Positions 1 through 8,105 of a stretch of 64,000 nt of DNA are shown here, piece by piece; within the stretch, counting starts at the first letter, position 1; each line of letters opens with the position of its first letter. Under the pieces are notes generated by a model. That model ran no database searches. It worked only from the letters and a program-made list of their open reading frames with translations, and was not told where the DNA came from. This stretch comes from an uncultured Victivallaceae bacterium (GTDB lineage Bacteria; Verrucomicrobiota; Lentisphaeria; Victivallales; Victivallaceae): NCBI GenBank assembly GCA_944392655.1, contig CALXXL010000011.1, forward strand, positions 3,924-67,923, read 5' to 3'. The translations under genes were made by a program, and so were the position numbers.

Positions 1-54
1 TGGCCTACAACAATTACATTTACAGGAAATCAGAATTCTAAAACCAATAATTTT

Positions 55-642
55 ATGTTATTTATAATATGTTTGATAACATTAGCAGGAGGATATTTAT
101 GGTTTCTATGCTGGCGCAATATTACACGGCAGTTGAATAAAAAAATGTATATACTGGGGATGACATGCGTTGGAATTTTACTTGCAATCCCAATTTACCT
201 AACTCCAATGTCATGCTTTTTATCAACCAAAATACCATTAGATTATTTCTCTTCAAAAACAAAAATGTTTCATGATATGTATAACACGGAACAATTGGAT
301 AAAATTATAGCAACAACTTCAAAGTCTGGAATTGTCAATAAAGAATTATTTATTGGCAAAAAAGATTTCTTTGAAATAGAATTCGCAAGGTATAATATTG
401 ATCATTTTGACTATATATATTATTTCCCGACAGAAACTCCTAACCTAATAGCAGATAAAAAAGCAAATTGGATTAACATATATAACAATGTATGGCTAAA
501 AGAGTACAAAAATAAGCAAGATCTACTACTCAATTATCTGTTCATGATTTTATACATACTTGTTGCTGTTATATCAGCATCAATATATATATATGTTATT
601 CTAGGCAAGCAATTGTATTGCAATATTATTAAATCCTCTTAA
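55..642 (+). CDS. hypothetical membrane protein, immunity-like small gene
   Basis: 195-aa ATG ORF. Hydrophobic helices LFIICLITLAGGYLWFLCW, ILGMTCVGILLAIPIYL and LFMILYILVAVISASIYIYVIL. Hairpin terminator follows directly. No family recognised. Confidence 0.5.
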   Translation: MLFIICLITLAGGYLWFLCWRNITRQLNKKMYILGMTCVGILLAIPIYLTPMSCFLSTKIPLDYFSSKTKMFHDMYNTEQLDKIIATTSKSGIVNKELFIGKKDFFEIEFARYNIDHFDYIYYFPTETPNLIADKKANWINIYNNVWLKEYKNKQDLLLNYLFMILYILVAVISASIYIYVILGKQLYCNIIKSS

Positions 643-663
643 CAAATATAAATGTTGTATTTT

Positions 664-690
664 ACCGCCCACTGTCGGGCGGTTTTTTAT
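664..690 (+). terminator. Rho-independent terminator
   Basis: Stem CCGCCC(665-670)/GGGCGG(677-682), 6-nt loop, T6 run at 683-688. Confidence 0.7.
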
Positions 691-697
691 TCAATTA

Positions 698-850
698 TCA
701 GTTTAGCAGTTGCTTAATCCACCCGCCATCATAAAAACAATCTTTCGATTTATTCTTTCAAGCACTTGACGTTGGACGATAGTTATGATATACTTTAGTA
801 TGTAAGTGTAGCCGGAAACGAGTGGAGATGCGGACGTGATTCTGTGGGAC
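698..850 (+). repeat. junction module copy A (AGCA dyad + promoter + Rhs-derived leader)
   Basis: Aligns by eye at roughly 85-90% with 4078-4227. Its 3' ~100 nt also aligns with 2850-2933. Confidence 0.8.
766..794 (+). promoter_or_regulatory. sigma-70 promoter, extended -10
   Basis: TTGACG(766-771), 17-nt spacer ending in TGA, TATACT(789-794). Confidence 0.65.
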
Positions 851-1834
851 AACAGTTATGTATACGCCACCGACCCGAATAAAAACGTGCGGGTTAAGCG
901 GTTCCCGGATGAATGGATGGGCAGCGGCTGGATTGAAGAGTTTTTCGACTACAAACCGTTCGGCGAACTGAAAAACTATGTCCAGTCTCCGCCGCGCTTT
1001 ATGTTCAGCAGTGAGGAATACATGCCGGAAACCGGTATGTATCACTATCTCTACCGCGCATACAGCCCGTCTCTCGCCCGATTCATCACCCGCGACCCGA
1101 TTGAAGAAGCCGGCGGCGTAAACCTCTACTGCTTCGTAAACAATAACCCGATAAGCAGGTGGGACATATGGGGGTTAGGAGATGGCAGAGAAAATAATGA
1201 AAACACATATAAACTAATCCAACTCACCCCTGAGTTCTGTTGCGATGAGTCTAAGGGCTATAAAGCAGATAACTGCGTATATATATATTTCTATTTGGCT
1301 GAAAGCAAGTGGCCGCATTGGTCTTGGGCAGAAAATTCTGACAACAACTACATTTCACATGCAGCACTAGGAGTGAATAATGACCTCCCAATCGGATTTA
1401 ATCCTAAGCTGACAATCGTTCCCTTTGAGTGGAATTTTAGATGGGGGTTGGGAAGCAGTATTATAAGAGAAAACCGCAAAGACATTGTTGCAAAAATAAA
1501 ATGTTGCTGCTTTAAAAATGAAGAAATTACTGCAATAAAAAATTATATCGAAAGCTATTTAGGTGCAGAAACCTATAAAGGAAAGGAATGGCTGATAAAC
1601 ACTAATAATTGTGCTACTTTTGTTTATGATGCACTTGCAAATAAAGGAGAAAATCCTATTAAAGTTACATGGGATAGTGATTTTTTATCTTGGGTGAATA
1701 GCTCTTGGGGAAATGTAGCAATGCGTCCAGAAGAATTACGGAGGGGGGTAATGCAATCCCGTAATTGCAAATTGTACGAAAAGGCAGACTCAAAGGATTG
1801 GTCAGGTTCTTTAGCGTTATATTCAGGAGAATAA
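836..1834 (+). CDS. orphan Rhs C-terminal tip: end of RHS repeat-associated core plus polymorphic C-terminal toxin domain (possibly permuted papain-fold LRAT/NlpC-P60-like)
   Basis: GTG start immediately after an in-frame TAG. FSSEEYMPETGMYHYLYRAYSPSLARFITRDPIEEAGGVNLYCFVNNNPISRWDIWGL matches the Rhs core-end motif (YRYY-P-GRF-DPIG-GG-NLY-Y-N-P-DP-GL). The downstream ~215 aa are unrelated to the core and contain SHAALG followed later by NTNNCATFVYDAL. Confidence 0.8.
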   Translation: MILWDNSYVYATDPNKNVRVKRFPDEWMGSGWIEEFFDYKPFGELKNYVQSPPRFMFSSEEYMPETGMYHYLYRAYSPSLARFITRDPIEEAGGVNLYCFVNNNPISRWDIWGLGDGRENNENTYKLIQLTPEFCCDESKGYKADNCVYIYFYLAESKWPHWSWAENSDNNYISHAALGVNNDLPIGFNPKLTIVPFEWNFRWGLGSSIIRENRKDIVAKIKCCCFKNEEITAIKNYIESYLGAETYKGKEWLINTNNCATFVYDALANKGENPIKVTWDSDFLSWVNSSWGNVAMRPEELRRGVMQSRNCKLYEKADSKDWSGSLALYSGE

Positions 1835-1838
1835 TATT

Positions 1839-2579
1839 ATGAGTTTCAAATCAATTCGCTTCGGGGTACTTGGTCTCGCAGTGCTTGTGCTGTTCGGCAT
1901 GGGCTGTAGTACGTCAAAGGATGAGTATGTTGAACATATACATGTATTTGAAAGCAATTGGGCACCTATACAATTACAATATATGCCTGTTGGCAACAAT
2001 ACTATACTAACCCTGGTTGACCATCAAAGCGAATTCCCTCCGATTGTTTGTGGAGTTAATATTGGCCCAATTGTTACCTACGTTAGCTCGTTATACGGCA
2101 TTAGTATCGCCCCATTTACAGCCCTATATCAACATAACGTAGGAGTAGCTATTTCTTTGCTTTGGTCCGGTAGTAGTAAAAGCGCACTTAATGCTGGAGT
2201 GATATTAGCGCCACTGCAATTATCTTGTAATATGTTGAATGCGGGAATAATCGGAGGATTTTTCAGTCTATATCAAGTCAATTACGGTGTTTCATTGGGA
2301 TTATTCAATGGCAATTTAACAGGGAAAGGAGCAAATTACGGTCTGCAAACCGGACTATTCAATGTCTCCCACATTAACAAAGGACTATCTATTGGCGTTG
2401 TAAATTATGCAGATTCTAGAGTGAAAGGTATTACCGGTTATCAGATTGGACTGATCAATATATGCGACGGATTAGCAATGCCTTTCTTTATGTTTTCCGG
2501 AGGAGGCGAAGAAAAGCCAAATATCGACTGGAGTAGTGAAATAACAGAAGAAGGCGATGAAATACTAAGACTAAATTAA
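1839..2579 (+). CDS. repeat-rich lipoprotein, candidate cognate immunity protein
   Basis: AGGAGA RBS, start 4 nt after the toxin stop. Lipobox LFGMGC. Degenerate G-x-x-x-G-L-x-N repeats (GVSLGLFNG, GLQTGLFNV, GLSIGVVNY, GYQIGLINI). Confidence 0.6.
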   Translation: MSFKSIRFGVLGLAVLVLFGMGCSTSKDEYVEHIHVFESNWAPIQLQYMPVGNNTILTLVDHQSEFPPIVCGVNIGPIVTYVSSLYGISIAPFTALYQHNVGVAISLLWSGSSKSALNAGVILAPLQLSCNMLNAGIIGGFFSLYQVNYGVSLGLFNGNLTGKGANYGLQTGLFNVSHINKGLSIGVVNYADSRVKGITGYQIGLINICDGLAMPFFMFSGGGEEKPNIDWSSEITEEGDEILRLN

Positions 2580-2595
2580 ATGACTGACAGTGGTA

Positions 2596-2645
2596 AAAGG
2601 TGTTACCAGGTATCAGATTGATTGGATTGATTAATATCTGCAACG
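2596..2645 (+). pseudogene. remnant of the 3' end of a second copy of the lipoprotein gene
   Basis: aaaggtgttaccaggtatcagattgattggattgattaatatctgcaacg is ~80% identical by eye to 2424-2469 inside the 1839-2579 gene. It has no ORF context. Confidence 0.5.
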
Positions 2646-2737
2646 AAGAAAACGCAAGATATCACTGAAACAATGGACTAATCAAGAAACAAAGCCAAAT
2701 GATGTAATCTGTTTATCTCATCACCCCAAAAACACCA

Positions 2738-2770
2738 AGACCGCCCGCTCCATCGGGCGGTCTCTTTTCT
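2738..2770 (+). terminator. Rho-independent terminator (member of a repeated hairpin family)
   Basis: Perfect 10-bp stem AGACCGCCCG/CGGGCGGTCT, 6-nt loop, CTTTTCT tail. Near-identical hairpins occur at 3947 and 6413. Confidence 0.7.
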
Positions 2771-2779
2771 GTTCGATTA

Positions 2780-2933
2780 CAGGTTTAGCATTTACTAAAA
2801 CGCAAAAAACCAAGAAATCAAAATTTCCCAGTTTATCATCGACAGCCGCTTGAAGTTGAATGATATTTATGATATACTTTATTGTGTAAGAGTAGCCGGA
2901 AACGAGTGGAGATGCGGACGTGATTCTGTGGGA
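2780..2933 (+). repeat. junction module copy B
   Basis: TTTAGCATTTACTAAA dyad (2784-2799), a promoter, and the leader gtaagagtagccggaaacgagtggagatgcggacgtgattctgtggga, which is identical to copy A except for one base. Confidence 0.8.
2850..2878 (+). promoter_or_regulatory. sigma-70 promoter, extended -10
   Basis: TTGAAG(2850-2855), 17 nt, TATACT(2873-2878), preceded by TGA. Confidence 0.6.
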
Positions 2934-2963
2934 TAAAAATTCTGTTTGTGATGAAATAATTTC

Positions 2964-3719
2964 ATGGAGCAGCTGAATATGATGATAAACCGATTTAAAC
3001 TTTGGTGGCCGCAATATGTTGTTATAACAGCAGCAGTATTTTGCGTCGTTATCTATTTTGTAACCCTTATGAACCCAACCACATTTGCATCGTTAAGACA
3101 CAAATTATGGCACAATACACCACAATATTTTCAGATATTATGGGCTCGATACTGGCTTGCTGACGATGACATTCCCATGGATGATCTGCTTATAAGATTG
3201 GCTGCCATAACTGTTGCCCATGAGCCATGGCGGGAACCTTATAATGACCAAATTAATGACATTTTACTTGATAAGGTGGAATCAAATGATGTGCTATATC
3301 AAGAATTCGTTCTGGAAAATTATTTTAACGGATCTATTATTCCCAATAGAAGAGCTCTTAAGAAAATATATAATGACTTTCAAAAAGCTAAAGAGCATTA
3401 TAACAGCAATCATTATAAATATGATGTATATTGCCGTGATTGCTACTGGGTTGAACTATTCGGAATTCTCCTGATAGCAGAAAATTACTCTTCCCCTCGA
3501 ATAAAAAATGTGATTAATGATCTTCATACCTATTCGGATGCGTTTGATGGTATAACTTACTCAGACGATCACACCACCTCTTTTGTAAGGCTAAACAACC
3601 TTGTTTATGATAGTACAATGGTATACCATCTATCTCGAATTTTTAGTCAAAAACAGAAAGAGAGACTAGAGAAAGTTCGGCTTGAGAAAGGGATGAAAAA
3701 TGGAATCAGAAGCTATTAA
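2964..3719 (+). CDS. hypothetical N-terminally TM-anchored protein
   Basis: 251-aa ORF, one TM helix (YVVITAAVFCVVIYFVTLM). No family recognised. Starts at 2979 or 2982 are also possible. Confidence 0.55.
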   Translation: MEQLNMMINRFKLWWPQYVVITAAVFCVVIYFVTLMNPTTFASLRHKLWHNTPQYFQILWARYWLADDDIPMDDLLIRLAAITVAHEPWREPYNDQINDILLDKVESNDVLYQEFVLENYFNGSIIPNRRALKKIYNDFQKAKEHYNSNHYKYDVYCRDCYWVELFGILLIAENYSSPRIKNVINDLHTYSDAFDGITYSDDHTTSFVRLNNLVYDSTMVYHLSRIFSQKQKERLEKVRLEKGMKNGIRSY

Positions 3720-3936
3720 AGAAATTAAAACAAAAGAAGACAACTATAAACGCAAACTCAGGTCATGCAGCCATTGCGGCAGAACACTTTCTGTTGCGGC
3801 GATTTTATGCCCCAACTGTTTTAGATTGTTCTATTTCAATATTGCCTTAGCTATGGTCATAACAGCATTTTGGCTGTCAATTATAGCTCTGGTCATATGG
3901 CAAGCCTTCCTGATTATATCCTGGAGCTTAAACTAA
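3700..3936 (+). CDS. small zinc-ribbon membrane protein
   Basis: 78 aa. CSHCG-x12-CPNC zinc-ribbon motif followed by hydrophobic FNIALAMVITAFWLSIIALVIWQAFLII. Overlaps the upstream gene by 20 nt. Confidence 0.5.
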   Translation: MESEAIKEIKTKEDNYKRKLRSCSHCGRTLSVAAILCPNCFRLFYFNIALAMVITAFWLSIIALVIWQAFLIISWSLN

Positions 3937-3946
3937 TATTATAGCA

Positions 3947-3978
3947 AGACCGCCCGTTCCATCGGACGGTCTTTTTTA
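3947..3978 (+). terminator. Rho-independent terminator (repeated hairpin family)
   Basis: AGACCGCCCG/CGGACGGTCT stem with one mismatch, loop TTCCAT, T6 tail. Confidence 0.7.
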
Positions 3979-4077
3979 TTCAATTGTAAGTTTAGCATTT
4001 ACTAAATTAAATAAACCAACAAAAATAAACTTATATTTTATAATTTACTAAATACATCACATAATCTTCCAAACCAG

Positions 4078-4227
4078 TCAAATTCAGCATTAGCTTAACC
4101 AGGCTGCACCCATAAAAAATAATCCTCCAATTTATCTCTTTCAAGGACTTGACGTTGTATGATATTTATGATATACTTTAGTATGTAAGAGTAGCCGGAA
4201 ACGAGTGGAGATGCGGACGAGATTCTG
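4078..4227 (+). repeat. junction module copy C
   Basis: Aligns with 698-850 along its whole length, including promoter and leader. The leader GTG is changed to GAG at 4219-4221. Confidence 0.8.
4149..4177 (+). promoter_or_regulatory. sigma-70 promoter, extended -10
   Basis: TTGACG(4149-4154), 17 nt, TATACT(4172-4177), preceded by TGA. Confidence 0.65.
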
Positions 4228-4374
4228 CAAAGTAATAATTATAAAATTCAGCACCGTGATGCACGTAAAAAAGGTATGACTCATTATGCTGTTCCGCATA
4301 ATCGCAATATAGATTATTCTTGCTATAAATACAGCATTAACGTCAATGATGATTTTGTGTCTTTACTCATATAA
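4195..4374 (+). pseudogene. possible toxin-gene scar: startless open frame continuing from the Rhs-derived leader
   Basis: The frame is open for 59 codons after the TAG at 4192-4194: PETSGDADEILQSNNYKIQHRDARKKGMTHYAVPHNRNIDYSCYKYSINVNDDFVSLLI*. The start-codon position is mutated (GAG). Confidence 0.3.
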
Positions 4375-4402
4375 TATTGAAATTTAATCACAAGAACACA
4401 CA

Positions 4403-4921
4403 ATGAAGCTCTTAATTAAATTTTTATTTTTCCTATGGGATAATATCAACCGGCTGGCGGCAGTTTTCGGCGTTTTACTGGTTTATTTGCATATTGCGCT
4501 ATTCATTTATGTCCAGTATACTGCCATATGGTATATCCAGAATCCTCAGCCAGGTACTCTTTATCTTGGTAATTGCTCCGGCACACAGGCGCTTTTTAGT
4601 CCTATCTTTCAAACGTGGGCCAATTTGATATTATTCTCCACCTGGAGCGATATTGCCAGACGGCTGATTGCTCATGACTTCAGTTGGCATAAAATAATAA
4701 ACCGTTTCCTCCTCTCATGGCAATGTCTGCTCCCCGTTCTATTCCTTATCGCGATATTTACATGGGTTGAATACTGTTACAGTGGAATAAAAATTGAAGT
4801 CGGACACGGCAACATATTCATTGAAACTATTTACCCGTTTATCTGGCATCTTATTATAGGCACGGGAATCATAACGCTTATCTATTTCAGGAATAAACGC
4901 AAACAGGTGCATGCTTTATAA
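4403..4921 (+). CDS. hypothetical multi-pass membrane protein (family A)
   Basis: 172 aa, 4-5 hydrophobic helices. Clear paralog of 16675-17181 (WDNINRLAAVFGVLLVY..ALFIYVQYTAIWYI versus WDNINRLAAIIGILLAY..ALFIYVQYTATWYI). Confidence 0.65.
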   Translation: MKLLIKFLFFLWDNINRLAAVFGVLLVYLHIALFIYVQYTAIWYIQNPQPGTLYLGNCSGTQALFSPIFQTWANLILFSTWSDIARRLIAHDFSWHKIINRFLLSWQCLLPVLFLIAIFTWVEYCYSGIKIEVGHGNIFIETIYPFIWHLIIGTGIITLIYFRNKRKQVHAL

Positions 4922-4932
4922 AATAAATTATA

Positions 4933-5484
4933 ATGAGAGGATATAATAAAATGCAAAAGTTACATGTATGGATTATTTTGTCCGCATTACTGACAGTCAC
5001 GACAGGATGTTGGGAACGGGAAAAAGTCGTCGTCCCGGAAGAGGTAAGAAGCGTAATCGCCATTCCTTCCGGCTATGAGGATTTTGATACTTATCCCGGA
5101 TTCAGAGATTGGGATCGGATCCCTTTGAAATACCCATATCAATTACACCGTATTGATGGAAACCCACTTTGTGACTTACAACGACTTTCGTCTCCACAAG
5201 GTGTTACGATATTCGGAAATAAAACTACTATTTTAAGCGATATAGAAATCATTGCTCCGGCAAAGGATTTTGCCGCGGTTGAAATGTCATTGGAAGATAT
5301 AAATCAGGGAGATAAAAAATTTGCAATTCTTTCGTACGAATCAGGCGAATGTGAATTTTTCTTAACTGAAGAAGAGATGTTTGAACACCTGAAAAGTCAA
5401 TATAACATTGCCAGAGAAGAACTTACTTTTTATACTTTTAACCAGTTGTTCCAATACTTTGAGGAGATAAGTTTTGAAAGGTAA
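4933..5484 (+). CDS. hypothetical lipoprotein (family B)
   Basis: Lipobox LTVTTGC. The likely true start is the ATG at 4951, after GAGAGGA. Paralog of 15728-16261 (VPEEVRSVIAIPSGYEDFDT..PLKYPYQL versus VPEAVKNAIALPSGDHDFDT..PLQYPYQL). Confidence 0.65.
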   Translation: MRGYNKMQKLHVWIILSALLTVTTGCWEREKVVVPEEVRSVIAIPSGYEDFDTYPGFRDWDRIPLKYPYQLHRIDGNPLCDLQRLSSPQGVTIFGNKTTILSDIEIIAPAKDFAAVEMSLEDINQGDKKFAILSYESGECEFFLTEEEMFEHLKSQYNIAREELTFYTFNQLFQYFEEISFER

Positions 5485-5577
5485 TGATGGACGGCAGAAT
5501 TGACAATTTACACTTTGCGCAGAATATTTTATTAGATTTCACAGATCCAATCAACATATAACTATGGGAAGGATATT

Positions 5578-6381
5578 ATGCTTAAATTTTTATCGTCGAT
5601 TTTTTTGTCGTGGGCGGTTATGACCACCACAATACCGGCGCAGGAACTTATTTTTGATGCTCCGGCTACAGAACAGGAAGCTATGATCGGAATTTCCAAC
5701 TTTGCTGCAATAAATGGTGCGCTATATCTTTCTCTCTATTATACTGTCCCTGAAAATTTTCGTCTCGCATTGATGGCAGATAGTATTATATCTTACACTT
5801 ATCCATTAGTGGAAACTTGCCATAACAACCCGGATTTCCAGGCGAGATATGAGGAAACATTTATAAAACTGGCCAAATTAATTAACTCCAATAAGCAGAA
5901 ACTGATAAAAGCCGGTATTCGATTTCATGGTCTCTCTATTGATTTGTCAATGCAAGCCTTGAAAAGCATGTTACCTGATGAGTATAAAGAGCTTATTCCG
6001 GGAGATGAACTGGATCTTTCAGAACCGGAGGAAGCATTGTCGCAGCCGGAAATGCTGGTTGCAAATTATCTTTGCTATGTGGGAGGGAATTCTTTCATTA
6101 AGTTAGTTGATTTACTGGAAACTATGCTTGCCAATAAAGTTGACCGAAATGAAATTAACCGGCAAGTCCTTGACATCGTAAAGGATGATTGGCGCATTGC
6201 CGCGCAATATCAATTGGTACTCGATCCAACGTTAAAAACATTAGCAGATCATGAAACCAATTCCATGTTCATCGAGTGTATGACACAGACTTGGAACTCT
6301 ATTCCGGAAGATGCAAAAAAAGATATTTTAAGCGACCCATTATTGAAAACGTGGATCGAAAAATGGCAGGAACGTTTATAA
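5578..6381 (+). CDS. hypothetical secreted protein (family C)
   Basis: GGAAGGA RBS, signal-like N-terminus. C-terminal motif DPLLKTWIEKWQERL is shared with 12885-13715 (NPVVKLWLEEWQERL). Confidence 0.65.
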   Translation: MLKFLSSIFLSWAVMTTTIPAQELIFDAPATEQEAMIGISNFAAINGALYLSLYYTVPENFRLALMADSIISYTYPLVETCHNNPDFQARYEETFIKLAKLINSNKQKLIKAGIRFHGLSIDLSMQALKSMLPDEYKELIPGDELDLSEPEEALSQPEMLVANYLCYVGGNSFIKLVDLLETMLANKVDRNEINRQVLDIVKDDWRIAAQYQLVLDPTLKTLADHETNSMFIECMTQTWNSIPEDAKKDILSDPLLKTWIEKWQERL

Positions 6382-6412
6382 TCAAAATGTAAACAAAATT
6401 AAATTTATATAT

Positions 6413-6454
6413 GCAACAAGACCGCTCAATATTGGGCGGTCTTGTTGCATTTTA
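6413..6454 (+). terminator. Rho-independent terminator (repeated hairpin family)
   Basis: 13-bp stem GCAACAAGACCGC(6413-6425)/GCGGTCTTGTTGC(6436-6448), followed by ATTTT. Confidence 0.7.
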
Positions 6455-6462
6455 CCATGATG

Positions 6463-6568
6463 AAATTCAGCATTTATTAAATAAAAAGGTCTCCCATGAT
6501 AATCTTGCTATTTTCCTCAGATAACCACTTTACGCCGGAGAATATTTATGATATACTCTATTGTGTCG
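6463..6568 (+). repeat. junction module copy D (partial, leader diverged)
   Basis: Has the ATTCAGCATTTATTAA dyad region and the promoter core atatttatgatatactctattgtgt shared with copy B. Similarity is lost after ~6568. Confidence 0.6.
6529..6557 (+). promoter_or_regulatory. sigma-70 promoter, extended -10
   Basis: TTTACG(6529-6534), 17 nt, TATACT(6552-6557), preceded by TGA. Confidence 0.55.
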
Positions 6569-6675
6569 AGCATAAAACAATGTTGATACTTTCTTTATGT
6601 AACAGTATTTGACTGGCAAAATTATTAATCTAAAATAAAAATTTTTATAAAATCAAGATCAGTGATGGAGCAAAA

Positions 6676-7119
6676 ATGACTTCCGCCAAACAGCGCAAAA
6701 TAACGTTATGTATCTACATTGTTGCCGTTCTTACAGGAATAATAGTTTTATTGGCATTCTATGTCTTTCAGAAAGGACCGTTTCTGTATTATAAGTTTGA
6801 AGAGAATCTTTCTTACAATGATATAAGATTTGAAAAACTGACTGATGACGCCAGAGACAGCTGTTTCTATATCCCGGTTGAAAATAAAAATGACTGGATC
6901 AAGTACCTTAAAACGCCTCCTCCTGAATGGCTGACCCCAGATCGCTGTTGCGTAATTGCCGTTGGAGCACCGCTGAAGAGCAGATTTGATGTTCTATGCC
7001 CGGCACCAAACGGCAAAATGATTGAAATGTACTACTTCTATACCGTACTGGGCCACAAAGATGGCAATATATATGTATACAGCTTCAAAAATAAAAATTT
7101 CATGTGGGGGCCATGGTAA
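6676..7119 (+). CDS. hypothetical N-terminally TM-anchored protein
   Basis: 147 aa, TM helix LCIYIVAVLTGIIVLLAFYVF. No family recognised. Confidence 0.5.
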   Translation: MTSAKQRKITLCIYIVAVLTGIIVLLAFYVFQKGPFLYYKFEENLSYNDIRFEKLTDDARDSCFYIPVENKNDWIKYLKTPPPEWLTPDRCCVIAVGAPLKSRFDVLCPAPNGKMIEMYYFYTVLGHKDGNIYVYSFKNKNFMWGPW

Positions 7120-7302
7120 ACCGCCATTCAATGCGGATAATACCCATATTTTCTTAATTGAAAAATCCATATAGCTCAACTTCAGATGGTCTTTCTATTT
7201 ACTTACAACTTCATCACTATTATACAACCTCATTTTTGAATAAATGGGAATGCAGAATAAAGTAATTTATCATAGTATGAAACTGGTGTTAAGGAGCAGA
7301 TC

Positions 7303-7410
7303 ATGAAATTCAATCTCTCATTTCTGAAGTTTAAATGCGAAGCAAAATATCTGCTTTTGCTTCTGCTGGTTTGGCTGATTGCCAATATTTTGGCTCTAAT
7401 GCTTGGCTGA
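7303..7410 (+). CDS. candidate 35-aa hydrophobic small protein (below the ORF-track cutoff)
   Basis: AAGGAG(7291-7296), 6-nt spacer, ATG at 7303. Translation is MKFNLSFLKFKCEAKYLLLLLLVWLIANILALMLG*. Confidence 0.35.
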   Translation: MKFNLSFLKFKCEAKYLLLLLLVWLIANILALMLG

Positions 7411-7439
7411 TGACATAATTGAAACTGGGATAACAAAAA

Positions 7440-8000
7440 ATGAAAATATTCTGGCAAAGGATATACTGGTATTTAAATACTTTCTGGGGTAAAGTTATTA
7501 TTGTAATGATGTTCCCATTAAGTTACATACTCTTTTACTATGTTATAACTAATGATTACACATTATATATAGCGACAACAGTTCCGGTAAGTGAGGTGGA
7601 ATTCCGCATTGACAGCTCTAATTATGTCTTCATTCCGGGAGAAGGAATGTTTTCAGAAGAAGAATTACAGCATATAAAGCAGGATAACAGCAATAATAGT
7701 TTTAACTATTACAATAATGAGGAGTTCGCTCCATTCCCGTTTTACAGATGTTCAATGCCAGTTCCTAAAATTGCCACTATTTCTTTTGTGGACAGTAATT
7801 TGCAGCGGCATAAATTGCAAACAGAACTGAATTTACCGGAATTCTTCTCAGGAACTATAATATTCGTAATTATTGAGAAAAATGAAGAGTTCTATCTGAG
7901 GCAATTTACAAGTTGGAATCCGTCGTTGAAATTTATGACATATAGAGATATAGAAAAATTCATTGCGGAAATCAAAAAAAATCCGGACTGCATTATGTAA
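7440..8000 (+). CDS. hypothetical TM-anchored protein (family D)
   Basis: 186 aa, N-terminal TM helix. Paralog of 8207-8809 (ISFVDSNLQRHKLQTELNLPEFFSGTI..EFYLRQF versus VTFLDSNSKQHKLETELDLSSYFHGTL..EFSLKQY). Confidence 0.6.
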   Translation: MKIFWQRIYWYLNTFWGKVIIVMMFPLSYILFYYVITNDYTLYIATTVPVSEVEFRIDSSNYVFIPGEGMFSEEELQHIKQDNSNNSFNYYNNEEFAPFPFYRCSMPVPKIATISFVDSNLQRHKLQTELNLPEFFSGTIIFVIIEKNEEFYLRQFTSWNPSLKFMTYRDIEKFIAEIKKNPDCIM

Positions 8001-8105
8001 TTTATATAACTTCGGCAAAATAGCATTAGTAATTTTATCTTCCGGCACAACGCAGTATTTAAATCGTATCTCCAATAAAATAACCTGTTTATTTATGGCA
8101 GGCTA

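Noticed and set aside
758-1045. 95-aa minus-strand ORF, and the similar 2721-3014 minus-strand ORF
   Set aside because: They run across terminator hairpins, promoter modules and the starts of the + strand genes. The + strand features are repeated and coherent, and the minus frames are not conserved between the module copies.
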